DNA from: a virus
Reading direction: 5' to 3' (one strand)
UHGV virus genome: UHGV-0251015
DNA length: 30,178 nt
Each line of letters opens with the position of its first letter. Within the stretch, counting starts at the first letter, position 1. Shown in pieces: positions 1-7,903 of this stretch. The notes under the pieces were generated by a model. The model worked only from the letters and a program-made list of their open reading frames with translations. It had not been told where the DNA came from and searched no databases. A program made the position numbers and the translations under genes.

Positions 1-841
1 AACAATCGACGATTGCTGGAAAGGCTGGGCCATACTCCTCCGGCAGAAGCAGAAAAAGCTTATTATGCTTCCATCGGAAACGATGATCTGGCAGCCTGAG
101 TTCACAGATAAAACACTCTCCAGGAAACCCGGGGCGGTTCATGATTGTGTCGGAGATTTTTCCAGTGATTTCGCCAACAGATGACTTCAGTGATGACCAT
201 GATTTACTTAGCTCATCGACAGTAGATTCCCTGGCTCCGCCATTGGTTATTTGCGGATCAACTCCTACATCTCCCTGTGACTTATTGTTATCCGTTGGCT
301 TCTGTTCTGACTGAGATCCAGAGAGAATAACTTCCATTTGCTGAATGACCTCCTGAAAATCAAGATAAACCGTCAGAAGAGTAACCCCTTTTTGAGAGTT
401 AACTTCGTAATAGTGGTCAACAAGGTCGAAACTCTCCAGAGTTTCCTTTGGCGTTTCAATATCGTATGTTTTTGCAGAGGACAGCATCGTTTTGATTGTG
501 TTCAGCGTGCTGTTCTGGCTTGTGAATGTGAGATCGAAAATATTCGGGATGTTGCCGGAAAAACCAGTAAGACCATTTACGATGATTGCACATCTTACTC
601 TGGCGGGTTCTTTAACTTTGTTGATGGACTGGTATTTCCCTTTCTCCACCGGAGCGTTTGTTATTTGCGCCCTTCCGCTTGGCTGTACGGATGCCATACC
701 ACTGAACTCAAGAGCAACCTCGCCAGTTTCCCTGTCACGAATCACATACTGAGGATGCAGAACGCTGTCGATGATCGAAAGCGGAGAGCCACCACCGATA
801 GCATTGAATATGTCTGCTGTGTTTAAATCGATTATGTTCAT
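1..841 (-). CDS. Hypothetical phage protein, 3'-truncated by window edge; possibly virion/tail-associated given position after the tail genes
   Basis: ATG at 841-839 with GGAGAG upstream; my translation (MNIIDLNTADIFNAIGGGSPLS...) stays open to position 1. Not in ORF track because no stop lies in the window. No family recognised. Confidence 0.4.
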   Translation of the reverse strand, partial: MNIIDLNTADIFNAIGGGSPLSIIDSVLHPQYVIRDRETGEVALEFSGMASVQPSGRAQITNAPVEKGKYQSINKVKEPARVRCAIIVNGLTGFSGNIPNIFDLTFTSQNSTLNTIKTMLSSAKTYDIETPKETLESFDLVDHYYEVNSQKGVTLLTVYLDFQEVIQQMEVILSGSQSEQKPTDNNKSQGDVGVDPQITNGGARESTVDELSKSWSSLKSSVGEITGKISDTIMNRPGFPGECFICELRLPDHRFRWKHNKLFLLLPEEYGPAFPAIVDC

Positions 842-891
842 CTACTCTCCATTAAACAAAAACCCAGCCGAAGCTGGGTTTAGTGAATTGG

Positions 892-1110
892 CTAGTTATC
901 AAAAAGTCCGTACGTTTCTTCTTCAGGAGTAAGGGGAAGAATCTCAATTCTATCTATAGATACCTTTTCAATGTACCCATGAGGTCTACTTAAAATTAAA
1001 GCTCTCTCATGCCACAGAACTCCAAGAATGTGATACCTTCCAGCATCGCCTTTTACCCTGGCTCTTCCTTTGATTCTTGGCGGCATAATGCCATATTTTT
1101 TCTTTGCCAT
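892..1110 (-). CDS. Hypothetical small basic protein (72 aa)
   Basis: ORF track; start shares its T with the stop of the upstream antirepressor gene (TAATG-type junction); no family recognised. Confidence 0.4.
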   Translation of the reverse strand: MAKKKYGIMPPRIKGRARVKGDAGRYHILGVLWHERALILSRPHGYIEKVSIDRIEILPLTPEEETYGLFDN

Positions 1111-1838
1111 TATGCAACATTACTCCCATGAACCAGGTGTTGTAGTGCTTTAACGCCTTCAGAATTGTAGCGGAATGCTTCCACCTGTTTGCTGGAATGC
1201 GCAGATTTATCCAGGAAGAACTTCCCGTACTGCTCAGTTTTGAGGTTGTTTGCGTTAGCAATGCGACCAATCTTGTTTGCCGTTACTCCAAGCTGCTCTG
1301 CGACCTCCCCTGCTGAGTAGTAATGCTCTTCTATTGCCGGAAGAGGTATTGCATTAAAACCAACGAGCGGGTTGATTATACTTGCTGCCGCTGTCTGCTT
1401 TGCCTCCGGCGCAAGATTTGGCATCAGATCGAACAGATTGGTAACAGCTTCAACCGTCATTTTCAATGTTCGCGCTTGACGATACTCAACAAGTCCACTC
1501 GACGATTTACCGCTTTTAATGTGCGCTTCTTGCATCCTTTCAAGTTGGTCTACAAGTGAGCGGCGAACAGCTTTAGATTCACGAGCAGCCACTCGAAGGG
1601 CTTGCTTAATTGACATAACAACTTTTTCAGAAGTTGTCTTGTTTGATTTTTGAACTACGAAAATTTCGTAGTGCTCACCTTCAAGTTCATCCTTAATGCG
1701 TGCAATAAAGTCGTTATTTCGAACTTCTTTTTCCCCGCACTGTCTACGAGCATGATTGACCATCTCTAACAGGTACTGGCTATCAATGGTTTTATCCGTG
1801 ACAACGGATCCGATGTTTGCTACATTCTTAAAAGTCAT
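1110..1838 (-). CDS. Antirepressor-like protein with KilA-C-type C-terminal region
   Basis: ORF track 1110..1922; I prefer the internal start MTFKN at 1838 because AAGGA sits 7 nt upstream, but 1922 (stop/start overlap with upstream gene) is possible. C-terminal YSAGEVAEQLGVTANKIGRIANANNLK resembles phage antirepressor C-terminal domains (recall). Confidence 0.5.
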   Translation of the reverse strand: MTFKNVANIGSVVTDKTIDSQYLLEMVNHARRQCGEKEVRNNDFIARIKDELEGEHYEIFVVQKSNKTTSEKVVMSIKQALRVAARESKAVRRSLVDQLERMQEAHIKSGKSSSGLVEYRQARTLKMTVEAVTNLFDLMPNLAPEAKQTAAASIINPLVGFNAIPLPAIEEHYYSAGEVAEQLGVTANKIGRIANANNLKTEQYGKFFLDKSAHSSKQVEAFRYNSEGVKALQHLVHGSNVA

Positions 1839-1921
1839 TAGGCATTCCTTATGTGGTAGTAAGGGTGTGACATAGGCCGCCAGCAGCACACTGGCGGTTT
1901 TTTTCACCGCCAGATGCGTCA

Positions 1922-2845
1922 TTAATACAGATGAACAGAAGGCGGCAATTCTTTATTCTTAAGCCTTATCCATGCGGAAAGATTTGTTGGTCCGTCTGGC
2001 TCATTGATATCAACATCTCGTGTGTGGTTGATTAAAACGTCTCTCGCCGTTCCGATAACATACGAGAACTCATGACCGTAGTCGTAGCATCTGCCGGAAT
2101 AGTTCGATTGAATTTGTTTTAGCGCCGGATACAGTTCGCGGAATAATGCCTGTGAGCGGTTGGCATAATCCCATAGCCATACAAGGCTGTTTGCTTCTTT
2201 TGCAGAAAGCTCGTTGACTTTCCTCTCTTGTTTGCCGATGAACTCTCCTTCAAGCGGAACGCGAGCAGCAAGTGACAGTGCTTCGGTAAACTGCTCCTCA
2301 CTGATTTCTTTGTACGAACATCCAAAATGGGATTTCAGTGACGACCACATGGTGATCATCGCCTTAGCCTGTTTTTCTTTTGGCAGAGACTGACCGCGAC
2401 TCATGACGAGTTGTTTAATGGCTTCCTGCTGTTCAGTGGTAATTTTACCCGGCAACGCCTTTTTAGCTTTGCGTGGATTAACCACATGGCCTTTAGTCCA
2501 GTATTCGTAGAGCACATCGTCACACTCTTCCTGATACTGGATTACCTTGTCGCGGATTTCAGGGCGGACTTTGTTTGGTTGAATACTTGAAAGCCAAGCC
2601 GCAAATTTACGAAAGGCAAGACATGTCATTAACTGTTTACCGCCAGCAGAAGGTATTTCGATTTCCGAAATACCTTTGGCAAACCTTTGTTTTAACTTAA
2701 CAAATTGAGCAGCCCAAACCAGCCCCATGCCTTCAACAACAGGCCTCATAGGAACATAAGGCTCATTGTTAATTCCAACCAAAAACAGATTTGTTCCGTG
2801 GAATGGTACATTGATAGTAGATACCGCTGTTGCTATACTTTTCAT
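1922..2845 (-). CDS. Antirepressor (Ant-like), immI-type module
   Basis: 307-aa ORF immediately downstream of an Arc-like gene; N-terminus resembles P22-type antirepressor N-terminal domain by recall; P22-like gene order. Confidence 0.55.
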   Translation of the reverse strand: MKSIATAVSTINVPFHGTNLFLVGINNEPYVPMRPVVEGMGLVWAAQFVKLKQRFAKGISEIEIPSAGGKQLMTCLAFRKFAAWLSSIQPNKVRPEIRDKVIQYQEECDDVLYEYWTKGHVVNPRKAKKALPGKITTEQQEAIKQLVMSRGQSLPKEKQAKAMITMWSSLKSHFGCSYKEISEEQFTEALSLAARVPLEGEFIGKQERKVNELSAKEANSLVWLWDYANRSQALFRELYPALKQIQSNYSGRCYDYGHEFSYVIGTARDVLINHTRDVDINEPDGPTNLSAWIRLKNKELPPSVHLY

Positions 2846-2846
2846 G

Positions 2847-2916
2847 TCAATATTTCCCGATCAGATTTGTTGATATAGAAGCCTCGCCAGTTCCCGCTGT
2901 CGGGGCTTCGTTATTT
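2847..2916 (+). ncRNA. Candidate sar-like antisense RNA spanning the arc-ant intergenic region
   Basis: Plus-strand TTGATA-17nt-TATACT promoter at about 2812-2840, ending at the ant start codon; plus-strand hairpin GAAGCCTCG/CGGGGCTTC then GTTATTTTT at about 2877-2916. Coordinates +/-2. Confidence 0.4.
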
Positions 2917-3078
2917 TTAGAGAGCATTCCGCATTTTCTCCCGGTACTTCAACCACCAAGCAAGTCCCTGAACCAACACTGAGTTTTCTGACATCCCCTC
3001 TTCCTTGGCGATGCGTTTCACCTCCTCCTTAAAACGGTACGGATACCGAAGAGTTGTCTTCACTTCATTCTTTTCCAT
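2917..3078 (-). CDS. arc: Arc-like ribbon-helix-helix repressor (53 aa)
   Basis: Below ORF-track size cutoff; my translation MEKNEVKTTLRYPYRFKEEVKRIAKEEGMSENSVLVQGLAWWLKYREKMRNAL; AAGGAG 6 nt upstream of ATG; matches the Arc beta-strand/helix pattern by recall. Confidence 0.6.
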   Translation of the reverse strand: MEKNEVKTTLRYPYRFKEEVKRIAKEEGMSENSVLVQGLAWWLKYREKMRNAL

Positions 3079-3100
3079 TGATCACTCCTTTTTACGTAAT

Positions 3101-3161
3101 GGCATTATGCCTTGAAAGCAATATGCCATCATTGAATATAAATAGCAATATGCCATCATTG
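3101..3161. promoter_or_regulatory. Divergent promoter/operator region between arc and mnt: palindrome GGCATTATGCC plus two exact 17-bp direct repeats
   Basis: GGCATTATGCC at 3101-3111; GCAATATGCCATCATTG at 3118-3134 and 3145-3161; a candidate plus-strand promoter TTGAAA-18nt-ATATAA (3112-3141) overlaps the first repeat. Confidence 0.45.
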
Positions 3162-3180
3162 TTTTTTTTGAGGTGATGTT

Positions 3181-3501
3181 ATGGCTGAAAAACAGGTTAA
3201 AGATTACGAAAAGTTTGTTGTGCGTTTCCCTGACGGGATGAGGGACGCGATTGCGGAGAGAGCCAAACGAAACGGGCGCTCTATGAACTCAGAGATTGTG
3301 CAGATACTGGAAGATGCCTTGAATGCAGAAAATACTCTTGGGGAAATAGCAGACAAAATCAACAGCGTCTCGGTTCCGCTAAATGTTGATGCGCTAGTTC
3401 AACTTCAAGCCCAAGTGATCGCCATGCAAAAAGAAATACAGGAAAAATTCAGAGAGCAGAACGAAAAGTTGAGAGAACTGCTAAACAAAAAACCCACCTG
3501 A
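3181..3501 (+). CDS. mnt: Mnt-like ribbon-helix-helix repressor with C-terminal coiled coil
   Basis: FPDGMRDAIAERAKRNGRSMNSEIVQILEDAL is an Arc/Mnt-type RHH signature (recall); GAGGTG RBS; transcribed divergently from arc. Confidence 0.65.
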   Translation: MAEKQVKDYEKFVVRFPDGMRDAIAERAKRNGRSMNSEIVQILEDALNAENTLGEIADKINSVSVPLNVDALVQLQAQVIAMQKEIQEKFREQNEKLRELLNKKPT

Positions 3502-3516
3502 CGGTGGGTTTTCATT
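3491..3516. terminator. Bidirectional intrinsic terminator between convergent mnt-like and lipoprotein genes
   Basis: Perfect hairpin AACCCACC-TGAC-GGTGGGTT (3491-3510) flanked by A-run upstream and T-rich downstream, so it can terminate both strands. Confidence 0.6.
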
Positions 3517-3535
3517 ACATATCAATTAATACCTA

Positions 3536-4198
3536 TTATCTTCTGATCGCTTTACGCCAATCCCCGGATAATCTAGATATATCCCAACACGACTGAACAA
3601 CTTCAGTAAAATACTCTCTATCCATTGGCGCGATTCCTGGCCAATCTTTCATTCGATTTACTAACGCATCTTTTGGTATGCCCTTCTTTTGATTCAAGGA
3701 GGTTTGTTCGCAAATCGCCCTTACCGCAGCATCATATTCAGCCTGAGCATAATGATTCACACTAAGAAGCACAGTGTATGCTGTTGAAAGTGAATTCATG
3801 GAAGATGAGAGTTCTTTCTTCCTCCGACACTCTTTATCAGCAAGGCATTTCTCTTCAGCTAGTTTTTTTTCCGCTCTCTTCTTGTTATTGAAGGCGTTAA
3901 TCCCAGAATCATAAGCGTTAGCCCATACATTGTAATAACACTCTCCATCCCAGCCGCATTGCGTGGTATCTGGAGCGACAAGAATCATCCCTGTTTTTTT
4001 TAGATAATCATTTTTAAGCCTATTAACAGTCCATGACTCTCCGCTTTTTGCTACATACTCTTTATCACCGAATTCGCTTTGCTGTTGCTGAGTGGTTGGT
4101 GGGGTTATCGAACACCCGTACAATAAAGAAGCAGAAAGAATCAAGAGAAAGTGTGATTTTATTTTTCTTACACATTCACCACGATTAATTAATGCCAT
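3536..4198 (-). CDS. Putative lipoprotein (220 aa), accessory/moron gene of unknown function
   Basis: Basic N-terminus, hydrophobic stretch and LLYGC lipobox-like motif; Cys-rich; visibly AT-rich; GGAG RBS; terminator directly downstream. No family recognised. Confidence 0.6.
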   Translation of the reverse strand: MALINRGECVRKIKSHFLLILSASLLYGCSITPPTTQQQQSEFGDKEYVAKSGESWTVNRLKNDYLKKTGMILVAPDTTQCGWDGECYYNVWANAYDSGINAFNNKKRAEKKLAEEKCLADKECRRKKELSSSMNSLSTAYTVLLSVNHYAQAEYDAAVRAICEQTSLNQKKGIPKDALVNRMKDWPGIAPMDREYFTEVVQSCWDISRLSGDWRKAIRR

Positions 4199-4396
4199 AC
4201 GGCGACTCCTGTCAATTTAGCATGATATACAACGGATTACCTTTGAGTTGTTCATCATATTAACGAACACAATAACTTCAGGTAAACACCTAATCCTCCC
4301 TCATCATCATGCATGAAGAAAAAACACGTATTTATCATACATGTAGCATTAATGACTGTTACCTCCAATTGGTTGGCAAAAATCATCACTGACAGG

Positions 4397-4645
4397 CTAT
4401 GATTTGAATAAGTGCTCATGCCGTGCTGATAGCTCTACTAGCAACTTCATCGCTTCTACCGCGTCTGCCGAGGTTGATTTAGGTGACGCAGCAATGGACC
4501 TGAGTGTGCTCTCTAAACTACACAGGGATAGAGAATATGCCAAATTTAGCTTTATCACGGCGGCTAAGTCTGTTTCATCATGGTTTACGAGTTTGTCTGC
4601 TTCTTCTGGGGTATACCCACTCGCAACCAATCGTGCGTGCATCAT
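4397..4645 (-). CDS. Hypothetical small protein (82 aa)
   Basis: ORF track; helical charged composition; preferred over the overlapping Ser-rich plus-strand ORF 4404..4655. Confidence 0.35.
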   Translation of the reverse strand: MMHARLVASGYTPEEADKLVNHDETDLAAVIKLNLAYSLSLCSLESTLRSIAASPKSTSADAVEAMKLLVELSARHEHLFKS

Positions 4646-4729
4646 CTCTTTGTAAGAGTGTTCAATTGCTTTTATGATAATAACCTATTGGTAATAATTC
4701 CAGGATTAAAAAACTCTTGATAGTAGTAA

Positions 4730-4969
4730 TTAATTTCCATCAAGAGCAGCAAGCAGCGAAGTGCGCAACTTTTCTTGAGTCATTTTCAACTCTCCGCTCT
4801 TTGCTTGCCTGCGAAGATCATCGACCACCATTTTGGTGAATTCTGTAGGGGTAATCTCACTCTCGATAGAGACCTCTCTCCCAAGAAGCAATGATATCCC
4901 ACCCAAAATCAGGCTAAAGGCATTACCAATATTTTTTAACGATGGAGTGTAAACGATGGAAAGTTTCAT
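4730..4969 (-). CDS. Hypothetical small protein (79 aa) with one hydrophobic segment
   Basis: ORF track; hydrophobic AFSLILGGISLLLG then charged C-terminus; first gene after the tape measure. Confidence 0.4.
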   Translation of the reverse strand: MKLSIVYTPSLKNIGNAFSLILGGISLLLGREVSIESEITPTEFTKMVVDDLRRQAKSGELKMTQEKLRTSLLAALDGN

Positions 4970-5024
4970 TTTTACCGTCCGACTTCAGTTAACGGATACA
5001 AGCACAGGAAACGTTACAAGGTGA

Positions 5025-6839
5025 CTAAGGCATTGCACTAGAAAATGCCGCGTTTGTTGACACCCGGCTAACTTGCTGATTGACACTTCTGGTAAGAGCA
5101 TCAACTGTTGTCGGGTTACTGTTAACAACAACCGTGCCAATAGTTGTACTGCTGCTACGACTGTTGTCAATTTTTGATGTTGTCTGGCTTGGTGTTGAAG
5201 CGATGCGTTGCTGCTGCTGATAGTAAGCCAGCGTCTCGTTTTCTTTTGCATTAAGAGCGGCGCGAATCTTTGGCACATATTCTCGCGTCTCTTTCGGTAA
5301 GGTGTTCCAGTATTTGGATGATGGTGAATCAAACCCGGTACTGGATATGTATTTTAACTTTTTGTCTACATTGCCCATCCCCCAGTTGTAAGCCATCAGC
5401 GCATGGTTAACATTGCCTTTATAGTGCTTTAGCAAATCCCTCATGAACCTTTCAGCAGCAGCGCGAGATTTTACCTCATCAAGACGCTCATCAATCCCAT
5501 CACCGACCTTTAACCCGTACGCTATGGCAGTATCCTTCATGAACTGATACGGACCAACAGCACCTTTCGGGCTGTAAAGTTTTTTACCACCACTCGATTC
5601 CACCTCACGAATGGCATCAAGAAGAGAATCCATGCTTACAGGCTTTACTCCGTCAGGGAGAGGGATATCTGGCTGAATGTTATTGCCATAAATCTCATCT
5701 CCCCTACGCCCAAAATCGGTGTCAAACCCCATGCTGCGCATGGTATCTCCAAGTTCACGCTTAGAGTAATCAAACGATCCTTTAGCTGCACCCTCAATGT
5801 TTTCCCTGTCATTGTAGAGGTACAAACCATATGCTATTAACCCAGCCAACCATGGAGGAAGGGCACCGCCTGTAAGTTTGCTTCCTACATATGCTGCTGC
5901 CAATAGCTTCAGAGCCTCTTCCGCGCCACCAACTGCCTTTGTGAATTGCTTCGTCATATTCCCGGCGTCATTGAAAAAGCCAATGATGTCGCCATGATGT
6001 TTCTCAATCCAGGAACCAAAAGCCTTCATCCCGTCAATAACGTCTGGAGCGAATGCCATGGCTAAATTTTGCTTTAATCGGGAAAACTCTGAATCAAGTT
6101 GACCAAGAGTGGCGGCAACCTTCTCCTGCTCTTTTACCTGCTGTGCGCTAATACGGGATTTCTTTGTTTCTGAATCGACAAGCTGCTTAAGTTCCCCTGA
6201 TTTTATTTTAGCGGCATCTGTCGGATCGAACCCTGCGGCCGCCATCACCTGCATCAGGTTTTCTTGAGAATGAGTCTTGCCATAGCGAGAAAACTCAGCA
6301 AGAGCCTTGTTTGGGTCACCGAGCTTATTGATATCTAATCCGGTACGAGCGCCAAGAACCAGCAAATTTTGGGCAGCGCCAGTAAGCCCCCCCATAACAG
6401 TTGGATCGGCAATATTTGCCAAAGCCATTCTGGCATTCCCAGAAGATGAAATGAACGAGTCACCGTTAAGACCAGCCTGGCGAAATCCCCGCTGAACACC
6501 AAACATCTTATTAACATCAGAACCGAAAAACTTGGCCTGTTGACTGGCTCTCACGATTTCGTTGGCAGTAGATGTAAAAAGTTGCTTGATTCCATACAAC
6601 CCGGCGCCAATTCCCAAAAATCCAGCGGCTGCGGTTGTCACGTTGCGGAAAGCTGAAACAGCGGTTTTACCGAACCTCTCCGTTTCCTGCCGCTGTTTTT
6701 CAAGTTCCTTTAGCCTTTCCTTCTCAGCCCTGGAAAGATCTTTGTTTAATTTACTAACTTCATCTTTTACTTTCCGTTTTCCATTCAGGAATTCATCGGC
6801 CTTAATTGTGACCTTGTAGGCCAACTCATTGATAATCAT
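5025..6839 (-). CDS. Tail tape-measure-like protein with lytic transglycosylase (SLT) domain
   Basis: N-terminal coiled coil, central Gly-rich hydrophobic segments, C-terminal LDAIREVESSGG...GAVGPYQF motif typical of SLT domains (recall); position after chaperone genes. Confidence 0.7.
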   Translation of the reverse strand: MIINELAYKVTIKADEFLNGKRKVKDEVSKLNKDLSRAEKERLKELEKQRQETERFGKTAVSAFRNVTTAAAGFLGIGAGLYGIKQLFTSTANEIVRASQQAKFFGSDVNKMFGVQRGFRQAGLNGDSFISSSGNARMALANIADPTVMGGLTGAAQNLLVLGARTGLDINKLGDPNKALAEFSRYGKTHSQENLMQVMAAAGFDPTDAAKIKSGELKQLVDSETKKSRISAQQVKEQEKVAATLGQLDSEFSRLKQNLAMAFAPDVIDGMKAFGSWIEKHHGDIIGFFNDAGNMTKQFTKAVGGAEEALKLLAAAYVGSKLTGGALPPWLAGLIAYGLYLYNDRENIEGAAKGSFDYSKRELGDTMRSMGFDTDFGRRGDEIYGNNIQPDIPLPDGVKPVSMDSLLDAIREVESSGGKKLYSPKGAVGPYQFMKDTAIAYGLKVGDGIDERLDEVKSRAAAERFMRDLLKHYKGNVNHALMAYNWGMGNVDKKLKYISSTGFDSPSSKYWNTLPKETREYVPKIRAALNAKENETLAYYQQQQRIASTPSQTTSKIDNSRSSSTTIGTVVVNSNPTTVDALTRSVNQQVSRVSTNAAFSSAMP

Positions 6840-7054
6840 CGCTGCTCCTGATGTTTATTCCAGACCCGCTTGTTAAATGATTCCACCGAGATAATTTCCA
6901 GAAGGTTATACATATCACGAACAGATAACCGTTCCTGTAAATCGGTATAAGTGGCTTTTCCTGAACAGATAATGGCGTTCATTGATGGTGTGACGTTTAC
7001 GGGGTTAACGAGTTTTGCCGGAAGAGTCTCCTCCTCCATGAACGGGTACTTCAC
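6836..7054 (-). CDS. -1 frameshift extension ORF of tail assembly chaperone (G-T-like)
   Basis: Frame reached by -1 slip at heptamer T-TTT-TTA (plus coordinates 7069-7075) near the end of the upstream chaperone gene; ORF-track start is GTG; ATGA overlap with the tape-measure start. Confidence 0.55.
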   Translation of the reverse strand: MKYPFMEEETLPAKLVNPVNVTPSMNAIICSGKATYTDLQERLSVRDMYNLLEIISVESFNKRVWNKHQEQR

Positions 7055-7458
7055 TCTCCGGCGATCGTTAAAAAATCAAAATTGACTTTAAATACCTTAT
7101 CCATTACCTGACGAATGGTTGATACCTCTTCAAAGTCGACAGGCTTCACGGTTCGCACCTGTCTGCTGCCTTCGTGTGTAATCACAATTTGCACAGTTGA
7201 CATCAGGCGATCACGCAGTTTTCTGGCAACTTCCGGCGATGCGGCAGAAAGAACATTCAGACCAAGGGTGGCAAGGCCAGCACACCCCATGGCAATCACA
7301 TCAGCAGGAATACCAGAGAATCCCGATTCCCCCATGGAGCGGAATAAATCCTGTGCCAGTTCGTCGGCATCCCATGCCGACATCTCTGTGATAATGAACT
7401 CTTTCCCATTGTCGCGATTATCGTCTTCCACGATAAAGGGGATTTCTTTACGTGCCAT
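7051..7458 (-). CDS. Tail assembly chaperone
   Basis: Acidic 135-aa protein between tube-like gene and tape measure; carries a slippery heptamer near its 3' end. Confidence 0.55.
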   Translation of the reverse strand: MARKEIPFIVEDDNRDNGKEFIITEMSAWDADELAQDLFRSMGESGFSGIPADVIAMGCAGLATLGLNVLSAASPEVARKLRDRLMSTVQIVITHEGSRQVRTVKPVDFEEVSTIRQVMDKVFKVNFDFLTIAGE

Positions 7459-7892
7459 CAGATAGTGCTCCGTGTTACAGACTCAAAGTGAAATACTGCC
7501 GGGCGTGGTTGCAGTACGCGCCGACCCGGAGGGGTTGGAGTCCATGTATAAAGAACCCCGTTCACAAAATTCCACTTCGCGCCGAGAGCTGGAACTGTAA
7601 GCACCGCATTACACTGAAACGCTGAAATTGCAGTTCTCTCCGCTGCATACCAGTCATCAATCAGCGAGCCAGCATTGGATGTGGGCATCAGGTTGATGGT
7701 GAACTCTGTCGGGTTAAAGATAAAACCAGCATGGTATTTACCGTCCGCTGACATCATGTCTTCTTTGTTCTGTAACGCACCAGTTTCAAACATGTTATCA
7801 GCTGCGTAGTCGTCAACATCAAAACCGCCAGGGTAGTAAGCGGGTACAACGATTCGCAGCTTACTGTTTGCCGAGGTAATATCGATAGGCAT
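7458..7892 (-). CDS. Putative tail tube protein
   Basis: 144-aa ORF directly downstream of the sheath-like gene with start/stop overlap; assignment by synteny. Confidence 0.45.
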   Translation of the reverse strand: MPIDITSANSKLRIVVPAYYPGGFDVDDYAADNMFETGALQNKEDMMSADGKYHAGFIFNPTEFTINLMPTSNAGSLIDDWYAAERTAISAFQCNAVLTVPALGAKWNFVNGVLYTWTPTPPGRRVLQPRPAVFHFESVTRSTI

Positions 7893-7903
7893 GATTTATT
7901 CCC

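Noticed and set aside
338-826. Plus-strand 162-aa ORF (with nested 492..752 ORF)
   Set aside because: Antisense to the open minus-strand frame that runs from 841 to the window edge with a proper RBS; Cys-rich, non-protein-like composition.
1007-1270. Minus-strand 87-aa ORF spanning the junction of the 72-aa gene and the antirepressor
   Set aside because: Out-of-frame overlap with two better-supported genes; no RBS.
2756-2850. One-nucleotide frame inconsistency between my reading of the printed sequence and the ORF-track frame of the antirepressor start
   Set aside because: The ORF track gives a continuous 307-aa ORF, so I treated this as an unresolved reading error on my part rather than a frameshift or pseudogene; coordinates of features I derived here are approximate.
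4404-4655. Plus-strand 83-aa ORF antisense to the 82-aa minus-strand ORF
   Set aside because: Ser-rich low-complexity translation with no recognisable RBS; the minus-strand ORF fits the local gene direction and has more protein-like composition. Only one of the two is likely real.
4985-5332. Minus-strand 115-aa ORF overlapping the tape-measure 3' end
   Set aside because: Alternative frame inside a well-supported long gene; odd composition (His/Gln runs); no independent start signals.
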